Of a DNA stretch of 64,000 nt, positions 52,615 to 63,915 are shown piece after piece. The position numbers were made by a program, and so were the translations under genes. The notes under the pieces are model-generated. The model was not told where the DNA came from, did not search any database, and saw nothing but the letters and a program-made list of their open reading frames with translations. Location of the stretch: the NCBI GenBank assembly GCA_965213925.1, contig OZ243927.1, forward strand, positions 2,240,001 to 2,304,000, given 5' to 3'. The stretch's first letter is position 1. Every line of letters starts with the position of its first letter. The stretch is from Trueperaceae bacterium. GTDB taxonomy: Bacteria; Deinococcota; Deinococci; Deinococcales; Trueperaceae.

Positions 52615-53400
52615 ATGACCGAACAAGTCCAAAAACAAATCCAAACCCAACTCCTCGAGCTACAATCCCAAGAAGAGGTCAAAATCCTCTACGCCTGCGA
52701 GTCGGGCAGCCGCGCTTGGGGCTTTCCGTCTGAAGACAGCGACTTCGACGTGCGCTTCATCTACCTTCGCCCGGCTGACTGGTACTTGTCCATCGACTTA
52801 GAGCGTAAGCGCGACGTGATTGAGAGACCGATTAGCGACCAGCTCGACATAAGCGGGTGGGATTTACGTAAGGCGTTACAGCTTTTTTACAAGTCGAATC
52901 CGCCGCTGCTCGAATGGTTGGGCTCGCCGATTGTGTACCTCGAGCCCTACCCAACCGCCGAGAAGATGCGCGAACTCGCCAAGACCTTTTACTCCGCCAA
53001 AGCCTGTATGTATCACTACCGCCACATGGCGAAGGGCAACTACCGCGAGTATCTACGAGGCGAAACGGTCTGGATCAAGAAGTATTTTTACGTCTTGCGT
53101 CCGATTATGGCGATTTGGTGGCTCGAGAAGGGATTGGGCATTGTACCGACGGAGTTTGAGAAGCTTGTTGCTGAGATCGTAGACGACGCGCAGCTTCGCA
53201 GCGATATCGACGACCTCATCGAGCAGAAAAGAAGAGGTGCTGAGCTGGCGAGAGGTCCGAGGGTTCCCTCGATCAGCACCTTCATCGACACGGAAATCGA
53301 ACGGCTCGCAGGTCAAACGTTTGACGCTTACGCGCAAAAACCCGACAAAGAGGTCTTGAGCGCCTTCTTCCGCGCCACGCTCGGTGAAGTGTGGCATTAG
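52615..53400 (+). CDS. Pol-beta-like nucleotidyltransferase (YcgL/RlaP-like)
   Basis: YACESGSRAWGFPS.DSDFDVRFIY, GWDLRKAL.L.KSNP.L.EW..SP and KKYFYVLRP. Confidence 0.88.
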   Translation: MTEQVQKQIQTQLLELQSQEEVKILYACESGSRAWGFPSEDSDFDVRFIYLRPADWYLSIDLERKRDVIERPISDQLDISGWDLRKALQLFYKSNPPLLEWLGSPIVYLEPYPTAEKMRELAKTFYSAKACMYHYRHMAKGNYREYLRGETVWIKKYFYVLRPIMAIWWLEKGLGIVPTEFEKLVAEIVDDAQLRSDIDDLIEQKRRGAELARGPRVPSISTFIDTEIERLAGQTFDAYAQKPDKEVLSAFFRATLGEVWH

Positions 53401-53506
53401 GGGCGGCGTAATTCGAAGCTATTTCTGAGCGACGCTAAAACGTAGTTGTGCTGCTCGGACCGGATGTAGTCCGTTCGCGTGACGTGGACCTGCCTCTTCG
53501 CAGGGG

Positions 53507-55374
<1,868 letters not shown>

Positions 55375-55475
55375 GAGTTACCCCTCGTCGTTGACCTCTA
55401 CATAGCTTCCTGGTTGTATCGCGTTTAGCGCGTCTGAAATGACAGACTCCACACGTTTGATAATGGAAGACATCT

Positions 55476-55699
55476 TTATGTGGAAGGATTTCTACTAGCT
55501 CGAGCCAACCTCAAAAAATCCACCGGGTCTTGACGTTTGACGGAGGGGAAGTTAAGTTCTCCAAAAACTCCTCCAACGTATAGCCGTCGTCCAGATAGTC
55601 CAAAAGCGTCTGTGCCTGAACGCGCGTCCCTCTAAAGGCGAGGGTGCCGCCCAAAATATCGGGGTCGGAGTGGATGGGGCTGTGTAGGGGGGAAATCAT
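55476..55699 (-). pseudogene. DUF433 family antitoxin-like gene frameshifted by a 5-bp duplication
   Basis: 'DPDILGG...F.GTRV..TLLDYL..G.TLEEFLEN'; removing one AACTT copy (55549-55558) restores NFPSVKRQD..FLRLA. Confidence 0.75.
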
Positions 55700-55716
55700 A
55701 AGAGCAGTTTAATACT

Positions 55717-56319
55717 TTAGCGCGTCATATACGGCAAATCTTGCGCCGTCTCTGAAACCTCTTCGCTCCCTTCTAAAAGCTCCGCAATCGGGTCCCAGCG
55801 CCCTTGGGTCAGCGAATCTTTGGCGGTAGGGGAGACCCGCACCGAAATCGTCTTATCGCCAAACGTCACGCGCTCGTTCTCGATGTCGATGGTGATGTCC
55901 GTGCCGGGTCGCGCTTTGATTTCCTGCACAATCTCCTGAATCTGCTCACGCTCCGCCTCGATGCAGGGCATCCCGAGCGTGACCGCGTTGCCGTAAAAAA
56001 TCTCCGCGAAGCTCTCCGCAATCACGGCGCGAAAGCCGTAGCGGTACATCGCCTGCGGCGCGTGCTCTCTTGACGAGCCGCAGCCGAAGTTGCTATCCGA
56101 AATCATAATAGTCGCGTCTTCGTACGCCTGCTCGTTCAGCACGTGCGCTTTGCGCGTGCCGTCCTCGTTAAAGCGCACGTCGTAGAACATGTACTCGCCC
56201 AGCCCGTCAAAGGTGACGCACTTCATGTAACGCGCCGGGATGATGCGGTCGGTGTCGATGTCGTCGCCGGGGACGTAGACGGCTTTGCCGGTGAGGTGAG
56301 TGATTTTGTCGAGTGCCAT
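55717..56319 (-). CDS. leuD: 3-isopropylmalate dehydratase small subunit
   Basis: DIDTDRIIPA, NFGCGSSREHAP and SFAEIF.GN. Confidence 0.96.
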   Translation of the reverse strand: MALDKITHLTGKAVYVPGDDIDTDRIIPARYMKCVTFDGLGEYMFYDVRFNEDGTRKAHVLNEQAYEDATIMISDSNFGCGSSREHAPQAMYRYGFRAVIAESFAEIFYGNAVTLGMPCIEAEREQIQEIVQEIKARPGTDITIDIENERVTFGDKTISVRVSPTAKDSLTQGRWDPIAELLEGSEEVSETAQDLPYMTR

Positions 56320-56334
56320 GTGTAAACCTCCAGT

Positions 56335-56688
56335 TTAGGTATCAACTGTCCTTGATGTGAGACTATTTGTGTTTAGTTCGGTCAAGCGCCACTCCGCGCA
56401 TAAGATATTGAGACGGTTTTTCTCTGACCAAAGTTCCATTTCTATAGACCACAGCGTAGTTTCAGAATAGGAAACTTCCGTTGCTTCAATACTGGTGAGG
56501 TCTACGTAATTCCACTCGAGCGGCTCCCTGATGTACTCAAGTTCTGAAACCCTTAAAAAAGTTAGTGAGAAGTTCGTTTCTTTTGCTTCATCAAGCACGT
56601 GAATTTCAAGCTGAATGGTACTAGTCAGAAAGTCGAACTTAAAAGTCGTAATTTGTCCACCATACATAGTATCAAGGTCTTTATTCAT
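56335..56688 (-). CDS. Hypothetical protein (117 aa, low GC)
   Basis: ATG overlaps the upstream stop (ATGA at 56688-56685); the 5' extension in the ORF track lies inside the upstream gene. Confidence 0.65.
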   Translation of the reverse strand: MNKDLDTMYGGQITTFKFDFLTSTIQLEIHVLDEAKETNFSLTFLRVSELEYIREPLEWNYVDLTSIEATEVSYSETTLWSIEMELWSEKNRLNILCAEWRLTELNTNSLTSRTVDT

Positions 56689-57287
56689 GAACGCATCTTC
56701 TTCGTGCAAACCATAAGACCTGTAGACCAGCGCAATTTGGTGCAGATGAAATCCTCTCGAGCCTCCAACACCTCTATCACTCGCCGCTGACCCTGCCAGA
56801 TGTTGAGGATGAAGTCGTCGGAGTTTTCGATTTCGTCTCGTTCTTGCCACGCCAGATTGAGGTCGTCGATGATGTAGAAGCCGCCTGGCGCAACTAAGTT
56901 CAGCGCGAGTTCGGGAGAGTCGATTTTGCCGGGGAAGGTGTCGGCGAAGATGAGGTCGTAGGTTTGACCTTGGGTGCGTTTGAGAAACTCGAGCCCGTCC
57001 TCCTTATAAATTGTCAACCTCTCGTCGCTTCCCAAATGCTCTTTAGCAATAGAGGTCAAGTCAGCATTGAGTTCGACGGTCTCGAGCCTCGCCCTTTCAT
57101 CCATCCCGCTCAGCAGCCACGCGGTTCCCAAGCCGACGCCCGTGCCTAGCTCTAAGAGCCGCCCGCCCGGTTTGCTCGCAGCTAGAGTCGCCAAGAGGTT
57201 GCCCGTGAGCGGGTCGGACATCATATTGAAGCCTGCGTTTTTGGCGGCGTGTTGGAGGGGCTCGAGTTGAGGAGGTTGAGAGGTCAT
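56685..57287 (-). CDS. O-methyltransferase
   Basis: LLELGTGVG, YDLIFAD..PGK and GG.YIIDD. Confidence 0.88.
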   Translation of the reverse strand: MTSQPPQLEPLQHAAKNAGFNMMSDPLTGNLLATLAASKPGGRLLELGTGVGLGTAWLLSGMDERARLETVELNADLTSIAKEHLGSDERLTIYKEDGLEFLKRTQGQTYDLIFADTFPGKIDSPELALNLVAPGGFYIIDDLNLAWQERDEIENSDDFILNIWQGQRRVIEVLEAREDFICTKLRWSTGLMVCTKKMRS

Positions 57288-58030
57288 AAAAATCTGCTGA
57301 AGAATCCTTTCTTTCGTGCTGAACGTATAGACCAGATACCGAACGGGTTGTGAAAGGGCTCGCCCGGATGGTGATGTCTGTCCTTCTCTTTAGTCAATGT
57401 GTAAGTCGGTGAATCTGCGCTCAAGCTAAAAGTGTTACCAGATGCTAAGTCGGGCGATTCTGCCAGCTGATAGTAGTTAAACTGATTGAGCAGGTCAGCG
57501 GCAGCCTCTGGCGAGAGGTTGTTTTCTACTTCGCAGTCAGGTAAACCGAAGTTGTGCATTCCACAGGAGTAAAAAGTGTTCTCACTACCTATTAGCGTGA
57601 TGAAGGCAACGTAGAGGCTGAACAGATCGTCTGACTCGGCGAGTTGACGCCATTTTTCCGCTGAGTGTGCGACACCTGCCGATTCAACTTTGACGGCGAT
57701 GCCACCGGAATTAAGCAGCGCATTTCCCACCTCTAGGCTCTCTCTAACCTGTGACAAAGACGCGCCAGAACTCAGTGCGTACAGCGTAAAGGTGTGCTCT
57801 CCAATTAGTGAAATGTCTTCCTCGCTCAAGTTCCCTTGACCGGCAATACGAAACGCCCCATGAAGTTGCAGGTTATACTCCTCAACCTCGAGCATTTGAG
57901 ATTGTTGCGTTGCCGTATTCATAAGGACTCCACCCGCGAAGAGGTAGCCATTACTACGTGAGGCTATCGCTTGAACGATTTCACTTCGAGATTCCCAAGT
58001 TCCAGGTACGCCGATGATGATTTGACTCAT
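57284..58030 (-). CDS. DUF4261-like protein
   Basis: 'SCGMH.FGLPD', 'G.TF' and 'FHNP.G.W' motifs. Confidence 0.7.
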   Translation of the reverse strand: MSQIIIGVPGTWESRSEIVQAIASRSNGYLFAGGVLMNTATQQSQMLEVEEYNLQLHGAFRIAGQGNLSEEDISLIGEHTFTLYALSSGASLSQVRESLEVGNALLNSGGIAVKVESAGVAHSAEKWRQLAESDDLFSLYVAFITLIGSENTFYSCGMHNFGLPDCEVENNLSPEAAADLLNQFNYYQLAESPDLASGNTFSLSADSPTYTLTKEKDRHHHPGEPFHNPFGIWSIRSARKKGFFSRFL

Positions 58031-58041
58031 GACTACGAGTA

Positions 58042-59478
58042 TTAAGCATTAACGAGGTCAGAAACGCCAAAAACCTCTCTCGCATCGCTCACAACCCCCG
58101 TAATCGCCGCCGCCGCCACCATTACCGGACTCATCAACACCGTGCGCCCCGTAACCGAGCCCTGTCGCCCTTTGAAGTTGCGGTTGCTCGAACTCGCGCA
58201 GAGCTGGTCGCCCACGAGCTTGTCGGGGTTCATCGCCAGACACATCGAGCAGCCCGCCTCGCGCCACTCGAAGCCTGCATCGCGGAAGACCTTGTCAATC
58301 CCCATCTCCGCGCAGAGCTTCCCGACGATTTGCGAGCCCGGCACGGCGATAGCTTTGATACCCTCTTTGACTTTGTGACCCTCTAAATACTTCGCCACCT
58401 CCACAAAATCCGTGAGCCGCCCGTTGGTACAGCTTCCGAAAAATGCCACATCAATCGGCGTGCCTTGAATCGGTGCACCGGGCGTGAGCTTCATGTGCTC
58501 TAAGGCTTCTTCAATCGCGGCTTTCTCGCTCTCTTTCGCGCCTTCTACAGTCGGCACGTTCTCGTCAATAAAGATGGCTTGTCCAGGGTTAATGCCCCAA
58601 GTGACGGTCGGCGCGATGTCCCCCGCGCGGATATTCACCACGTCGTCGTAGTGGCAGCCCTCGTCCGAGGCGACCCAGCGCCAGCGCTCTACCGCCTCGT
58701 CCCATTCCGCGCCTGTCGGTGAGTAGGGGCGTCCTTGCAAGTATTCAAAGGTCGTCTCGTCCGGGTTGACGTAGCCGCAGCGTGCGCCACCCTCGATGGA
58801 CATGTTGCAGACCGTCATGCGCTCTTCCATGCTCATCTTGTCAAACACTTCGCCGCCGTACTCGTAAGCGTAGCCGAGCCCGCCCTTGACGCCGAGCGTG
58901 CGGATGATGTGGAGGATAATGTCTTTGGCGTAGACGCCGGGTCCGAGCCTCCCATCCACGTTGATGCGGCGGACCTTGAGCTTGTTCATGGCGATGGTCT
59001 GGGTGGCGAGCACGTCGCGTACTTGGCTCGTGCCGATGCCAAAGGCAATCGCGCCGAACGCGCCGTGGGTGGCGGTGTGGGAGTCGCCGCAGGCGATGGT
59101 GGTGCCGGGCTGGGTGATGCCCTGCTCGGGTCCGACCATGTGGACGATGCCTTGGTTGCCGCTCGAGAGGTCAAAGTACGTAATCCCGAACTCCTCGCAG
59201 TTCTTGGCGAGTTCTTTAATCATCGCGTCTGCCAGTGGGTCGGCAAAGGGCTCTTCGCGCTGGTCAGTGGGGACGATGTGGTCCACCGTCGCAAAAGTGC
59301 GGTGGGGCATCTTCACGGGTAAATTCATATCGCGGAGCATCCCGAAGGCTTGTGGGCTCGTGACTTCGTGGATGAGGTGCGTGCCGATGAGGAGTTGGGT
59401 CTGTCCGCTCTCGAGCTTTCTTACGGCGTGTGTCTCCCAAACCTTTTCGTACAAGTTTTGCGGTTTCGTTTCTGACAT
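58042..59478 (-). CDS. leuC: 3-isopropylmalate dehydratase large subunit
   Basis: [35 protein letters not shown] and SNRNF.GRQG; ATG 59478 after GAGG. Confidence 0.97.
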   Translation of the reverse strand: MSETKPQNLYEKVWETHAVRKLESGQTQLLIGTHLIHEVTSPQAFGMLRDMNLPVKMPHRTFATVDHIVPTDQREEPFADPLADAMIKELAKNCEEFGITYFDLSSGNQGIVHMVGPEQGITQPGTTIACGDSHTATHGAFGAIAFGIGTSQVRDVLATQTIAMNKLKVRRINVDGRLGPGVYAKDIILHIIRTLGVKGGLGYAYEYGGEVFDKMSMEERMTVCNMSIEGGARCGYVNPDETTFEYLQGRPYSPTGAEWDEAVERWRWVASDEGCHYDDVVNIRAGDIAPTVTWGINPGQAIFIDENVPTVEGAKESEKAAIEEALEHMKLTPGAPIQGTPIDVAFFGSCTNGRLTDFVEVAKYLEGHKVKEGIKAIAVPGSQIVGKLCAEMGIDKVFRDAGFEWREAGCSMCLAMNPDKLVGDQLCASSSNRNFKGRQGSVTGRTVLMSPVMVAAAAITGVVSDAREVFGVSDLVNA

Positions 59479-59491
59479 GCTCGTCCTCTCT

Positions 59492-59525
59492 AAAAAAACA
59501 CCCTCGGTTGGGTCCGAGGGTGTTT
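59492..59525 (-). terminator. Attenuator terminator upstream of leuC
   Basis: AAACACCCTCGG-ACCCAA-CCGAGGGTGTTTTTTT on the minus strand, 13 nt before the leuC ATG. Confidence 0.88.
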
Positions 59526-59548
59526 GTGAAGCGTGAAATAAAAGAGCG

Positions 59549-59608
59549 CTACGCGGCGACAACCCCGAGGGAAATTAGACTTAGTAGGTTGGCGCGTGGG
59601 TAGAACAT
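59549..59608 (-). CDS. leu operon leader peptide [19 protein letters not shown]
   Basis: 19-codon ORF with CTA CTA AGT CTA ATT TCC CTC between the promoter and the terminator. Confidence 0.82.
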   Translation of the reverse strand: MFYPRANLLSLISLGVVAA

Positions 59609-59616
59609 TGCTCATG

Positions 59617-59645
59617 AGTATACGTGGGGGAGAAGGGTGTGTCAA
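59617..59645 (-). promoter_or_regulatory. Near-consensus sigma70 promoter of the leu operon
   Basis: TTGACA-N17-TATACT on the minus strand. Confidence 0.85.
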
Positions 59646-59748
59646 CCGAGAAAGATGAGTTCTGCGGAGAATCGCACAAGAGGTCTGTGAAGAGGTTGCT
59701 GGGGGAGGCTCGAGCGCGTCGCCGAAGAAAGCTGACTTGAGCGCACGT

Positions 59749-59775
59749 AAAAAGCTGACCTCGAAGGGTCAGCTT
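59749..59775 (-). terminator. Terminator of the DUF3618 operon
   Basis: AAGCTGACC-CTTCGA-GGTCAGCTTTT on the minus strand. Confidence 0.7.
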
Positions 59776-59795
59776 CATATTTCAACCTTTAGACG

Positions 59796-60752
59796 TTAGC
59801 GCTTGTTCTTCTCTGCTTCCTCTTCAGCCGTATTCTTCGCGTCTTTTGTGGCTTCTTCAGCTACAGCCTGCACTCTAGAACCTGCGTCGCGCGTGGACTC
59901 TCGTCCCTCGTTTAAGCCTCGAGCGTCGGCTTCCTCTTTCGCCGTATCCCCCGCGCTCTTGTAGCTTTTCGCTGCCACCCTCTTAGTCTGACGGGCGCTG
60001 CGCTTGGTTTGCGCTTTGAACTTATCGCTCTCGCGCCCCATGAGTTTATCCTCTTGTCTGGTGCTCGGGGCGGAAAGACCGAGCGCCATGCCCGCCAAGG
60101 TAATGATCGACCCGGCGATGAGCGGGTGATCGCCGACAAGCCGCGCTAAACCCCGCCTGGCTTGGTACGCTTCGCGCTTAGCTTGACGCTGGCGGTCATA
60201 ATTATAGTTACCGTAGTCTGGACCGTCACCCGTGTAGTCGTACTCGTCTACGCCCTCAGTCGGTAGGTTCTGGTCGCCCGAGAGTGCCCCTGCGTTCGGC
60301 GCGTCGCCAATCGTGCGCCCGTAGTCGGGTCCGCTCAGGCTGTTGCGCAGGTTGTCCCCGTCCGGGCGGTCTTGCGGGAAGCGGTCGCTAGGGTACTCTA
60401 GGTCAAGCTCCTCATCTGAGGAGCCACTAAACGCTCCGCCGATGGCGAGGACGCTCACGCCTAGCGCGACTAAAACGGCGGGTAGCGGGTCATCCTCTAA
60501 GCGCTCTAAGAAGCCGCGACTGGCTTTTCTCGAGCGCTCCCCCGCGTTATCAAAGGCGTCTGTGAGCCCCTGCGATACGGCGCTCTGCACCCCTTCGGTG
60601 CGCTTTCTAAGCCCCTCTTTATAGCGTTCCGGGCTGAGCTGATAGGTGATCGCTTCGACATCATCACCGAGCTGCGTGCGCGTCTCTTCGATGTTCGCTT
60701 CGATATCGTCTGCGTCCCTGTTATCTGCATCTTTGTTGTTTTGGTCGCTCAT
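59796..60752 (-). CDS. DUF3618 domain protein with LEA-like C-terminus
   Basis: 'IE..IEETR.QL...VEAI...LSP'; PLPA.L..LG and HPL..G....G..LG...P.T..ED.LMG..SD motifs. Confidence 0.82.
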   Translation of the reverse strand: MSDQNNKDADNRDADDIEANIEETRTQLGDDVEAITYQLSPERYKEGLRKRTEGVQSAVSQGLTDAFDNAGERSRKASRGFLERLEDDPLPAVLVALGVSVLAIGGAFSGSSDEELDLEYPSDRFPQDRPDGDNLRNSLSGPDYGRTIGDAPNAGALSGDQNLPTEGVDEYDYTGDGPDYGNYNYDRQRQAKREAYQARRGLARLVGDHPLIAGSIITLAGMALGLSAPSTRQEDKLMGRESDKFKAQTKRSARQTKRVAAKSYKSAGDTAKEEADARGLNEGRESTRDAGSRVQAVAEEATKDAKNTAEEEAEKNKR

Positions 60753-60759
60753 CTCAGCC

Positions 60760-61176
60760 TCACCGCAACCTTTCTGTCACTTCTTTGGCATCCTCGCCTA
60801 AGGTTCTCACGGTTCGCTTCGGCGTCAAATCCATCTTCTTGATGTCCGCCCAACCACGAATCGCTAAAATCAAGCCGATGAGAAAGAAGATACCGCCGAT
60901 GATAAGCGCGGACGCCCAGGTCGGCACCACGAGCGCGAGCAGCAAGATGAGCGCCGCGTAGAGGACGAATACGCCCGCGATGGCGATGAAGCCGCCGTAG
61001 ACGACCGAGCTTGCGCCGCCCACCGCTTTAGAAATCTCGTGACCGATTTCGGACTTGGCGAGCGCGACCTCTTGACGGATGAGGAGTCCTAGGTCGTCGG
61101 CGAGGTCGGCGAAGAGTTCACCTAGCGGGCGCTCGTTGGGATCGGGTTTGCTGGCGTTATCCGCTTTGTCCGCCAT
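60760..61176 (-). CDS. Holin-X/YqjE-like membrane protein
   Basis: 'RPLGELF.DL......LIRQEVALAK.E', two TM helices, P.RT..TL.ED. Confidence 0.85.
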   Translation of the reverse strand: MADKADNASKPDPNERPLGELFADLADDLGLLIRQEVALAKSEIGHEISKAVGGASSVVYGGFIAIAGVFVLYAALILLLALVVPTWASALIIGGIFFLIGLILAIRGWADIKKMDLTPKRTVRTLGEDAKEVTERLR

Positions 61177-61656
61177 CTAGTAGCGTCCTCGGTTATCGGA
61201 ATCGTAACCGCCCTCGCTCGGCTTCGAGCTTTTCAGAAAGCGTGCGCCTACAAGCCCGAGTGCGACTGCGCCGCCGATAAAGAGGCTGGGCTGCCGACGC
61301 GCGAACTTCTCGACATCTTGCGCGATGCCCCTGACTCCTTGCTCTTCTAGGTAGTCCGACACGCTTTCGACGCGGTCCGCAATTCGTTCGGTGTAGCCCG
61401 CTAAGTCGTCCTGGTTGTCCTCGCGGAGCTGCTCGCTCGCCTTGTGGAGCGCCTGCGCGACGTTGCTCACCTGCGAGACGACTTGGCTCTTGCGCTTTTT
61501 CGCCTCTTTTTCGGCGCTCTGCTCCGCCTCGCGCCGCGCCTCTTGCGCTTTGCCTTCTACCTTCCCTTTCGCCTCTTGCGCCTGCTCCTTGGCTTGCTGC
61601 GACGTATCCTTGTTTTGGTCTTTGTTCTGGTTTTTGCTTCGGTTTTGATCTGACAT
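61177..61656 (-). CDS. Hydrophilic LEA-like protein with C-terminal membrane anchor
   Basis: Charged helical N-terminus; 'FARRQP..F.GGA.A.G...ARFLKSS' tail. Confidence 0.8.
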   Translation of the reverse strand: MSDQNRSKNQNKDQNKDTSQQAKEQAQEAKGKVEGKAQEARREAEQSAEKEAKKRKSQVVSQVSNVAQALHKASEQLREDNQDDLAGYTERIADRVESVSDYLEEQGVRGIAQDVEKFARRQPSLFIGGAVALGLVGARFLKSSKPSEGGYDSDNRGRY

Positions 61657-61809
61657 GCACGTCTCCATTCCGAGCCGTTAGGCTCTTCTAAACTCGAGAA
61701 CAGTGGGAAATGAGACCCTTGAGTCGTGACAGACCCCTCCCCCCATTGGCTTAACCTCTATTGTGGGCGCTCTAACTCAGGTATGAAAGTACATCGCGTT
61801 ACAAATGGC

Positions 61810-61943
61810 AGCAGGTATCAAAGTCTGTCTCCCTATGGTCGGAGCTGGTCAGAAACGCTCTCACTGTAATACAGTGCTGTTCAGCATACACCGTAGGGAA
61901 TGATACCCATGACTACCGATGTGCGACTACCGATGCAGGTATA
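61810..61943 (-). repeat. Dispersed repeat family C, copy
   Basis: Terminal 21-mer at 61830-61810 identical to 26581-26601 and 31256-31276; core at 61903-61882. Confidence 0.8.
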
Positions 61944-61992
61944 GAACGGCTGAACGTTCGGATTGCGAGAGGCTCGAGCTAAACTACCCTCT

Positions 61993-62976
61993 ATGGCACC
62001 CCCGACAAGAGGTCGCTACGCCCCTTCTCCCACGGGCTTTTTGCATCTCGGCAACGCCCGCACCGCGCTGGTCGCTTGGCTCCGGGCGCGTTCGCACAGC
62101 CATAGTCAGCGCGGTGCGTTCGTGATGCGCGTCGAGGATTTGGACGGACCGCGCACGGTGGCGGAAGCCGTTACGGGTAACTTAGAGGAGTTGCGCTGGC
62201 TGGGGTTGGATTGGGACGAGGGACCTGATGTCGGCGGACCTTACGCGCCTTACACGCAGAGTCAGAGAGACGCGGTTTACGAAGAAGCGCTCGAGACCTT
62301 GCGCCAAAAAGACCTCATCTTCGAATGCTACCTCTCGCGTAAAGACCTCCGCGAGCTGGCGTCCGCGCCGCACGGACAAGGGTTTGTTTACGGTGAGCAG
62401 GAACGCACTGAGAATGAGCGTTGTCGGCTAGAGAAAGTTGAGAGTGGCAAAAGGGCGAGCCTCCGTTTCAGGGTGGGGGGCGAACAGCTCCATTTTCACG
62501 ACCTCTTAGCGGGCGAGCAGACGGTTGACGCGGCGCGTCAAGTCGGTGACTTCGTCGTGCGGCGAGCCGACGGGCTGTGGGCGTATCAACTTGCGGTGGT
62601 AGTGGACGACATCGCTATGAAGATAAACGAAGTCGTGCGCGGCGACGACCTCTTGACGAGTACGGGGGCGCAGCTTCTGCTTTACAGAGCGCTAGGGGAG
62701 ACGCCGCCGCAGTATCTGCACGTACCTCTTTTATTGGACGAAGAGGGTCAGCGTATGGCAAAGCGTAAGGGCTCGCTGACGCTGAATGCGCTTCGTGAAG
62801 CGGGGGTGTCGCCGCAACGAGTCACCGGACTCCTCGCTTACACCTTGGGACTCGTGAGCGAACCCGAAGAGGTCACGCCTACTGATTTGCTAAAGGATTT
62901 CAGTCTGGACAACCTTCGCCGTGAAGCGTGTGGAGTGCAGAGGGATCATTTATCCTGGCTGACCTCTTCAACGTGA
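61993..62976 (+). CDS. gluQ: Glutamyl-queuosine tRNA(Asp) synthetase
   Basis: RYAPSPTG.LHLGN, R.EDLD, GDFVVRR.DG..AYQLAVVVDD, RGDDL and RMAKR; no anticodon-binding domain; leaderless TAAACT-N7-ATG. Confidence 0.9.
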   Translation: MAPPTRGRYAPSPTGFLHLGNARTALVAWLRARSHSHSQRGAFVMRVEDLDGPRTVAEAVTGNLEELRWLGLDWDEGPDVGGPYAPYTQSQRDAVYEEALETLRQKDLIFECYLSRKDLRELASAPHGQGFVYGEQERTENERCRLEKVESGKRASLRFRVGGEQLHFHDLLAGEQTVDAARQVGDFVVRRADGLWAYQLAVVVDDIAMKINEVVRGDDLLTSTGAQLLLYRALGETPPQYLHVPLLLDEEGQRMAKRKGSLTLNALREAGVSPQRVTGLLAYTLGLVSEPEEVTPTDLLKDFSLDNLRREACGVQRDHLSWLTSST

Positions 62977-63887
62977 AGCTCCCCGACGCGCTCGTTCAAA
63001 GCCTCCGCGATATTCACGCCCACGCCGACGCTTGGCTTTCCGTCTTGAATACCCATATCCAACAGTGTGAAGAACGCTGGCAAATTCGCGTGACTGGGCT
63101 CGTCCCTGACCTCTCGCACAACGTAGTCGCGTTTGCTGAAGGTTCGGACGGTGCGCCCTACATCCTCAAGCTGAGCCCGCCCAACGCCGAATTCAGCCAA
63201 GAGGTCGCCGCGTTAAAGCTTTATAATGGTGAGGGCATCTGCCGCTTAATTGACGCCGATGACGCGGTAGGGGCGATGCTCTTAGAGCGACTCGAGCCCG
63301 GCATCTCCCTCTGGCGCACCGAGGTAGAAAACGCGAAAGAGAACGACCTCGCCACTCGAGCCGCCGCCACGCTGATGCTCCAACTCTGGCGACCCGTGAG
63401 CGACCCGCGCCCTTTTCGGAGCCTAGCGAGCTGGTCTCGGGTGCTGCCCCAATATCTGCGAATGTATCCGAACGGCGGCGGACCTCTTCCGCATTCGCTT
63501 CTGAAGAACGCAAACGACCTCTTGAGCGACCTCGTCAACTCATCCAACCCCGTGCTCCTCCACGCCGACTTGCACCACGGCAACATCGCTTCAGCGACGC
63601 GCCAACCCTATTTAGCGATCGATCCTAAGGGCATCCTGGGACCGAGAGGGTATGATTTGGGCCCGTTTTTAATGAATCCTACCCCTAGAATTGCTGAATC
63701 CAATTTGCGAGGTGTACTTGAGCGCCGCGTCGCTATCTTCGGTGAGATGCTGGACCTAGATACGCGAGAGGTGGCGGCGTGGGGTTTGGTTCACGCGGCT
63801 TTGTCAGCGTGTTGGACTTTGGAGAACCACGGGAGCGGTTGGGAGGTGGCTATGAAGGTTGCGGGCGAACTCGAGCCCTTTCTCTAA
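62973..63887 (+). CDS. Aminoglycoside/hydroxyurea phosphotransferase family protein (APH(6)-like)
   Basis: LLHADLHHGNI, LAIDPKG..G...YD; GTGA overlap with the gluQ stop. Confidence 0.85.
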   Translation: MKLPDALVQSLRDIHAHADAWLSVLNTHIQQCEERWQIRVTGLVPDLSHNVVAFAEGSDGAPYILKLSPPNAEFSQEVAALKLYNGEGICRLIDADDAVGAMLLERLEPGISLWRTEVENAKENDLATRAAATLMLQLWRPVSDPRPFRSLASWSRVLPQYLRMYPNGGGPLPHSLLKNANDLLSDLVNSSNPVLLHADLHHGNIASATRQPYLAIDPKGILGPRGYDLGPFLMNPTPRIAESNLRGVLERRVAIFGEMLDLDTREVAAWGLVHAALSACWTLENHGSGWEVAMKVAGELEPFL

Positions 63888-63915
63888 CTGCTAGAATAGC
63901 CCTAAGGAGGACAAG

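Noticed and set aside
60760..61176. Prophage lysis gene
   Set aside because: The holin-like family sits in a chromosomal stress-type triad with no phage genes nearby
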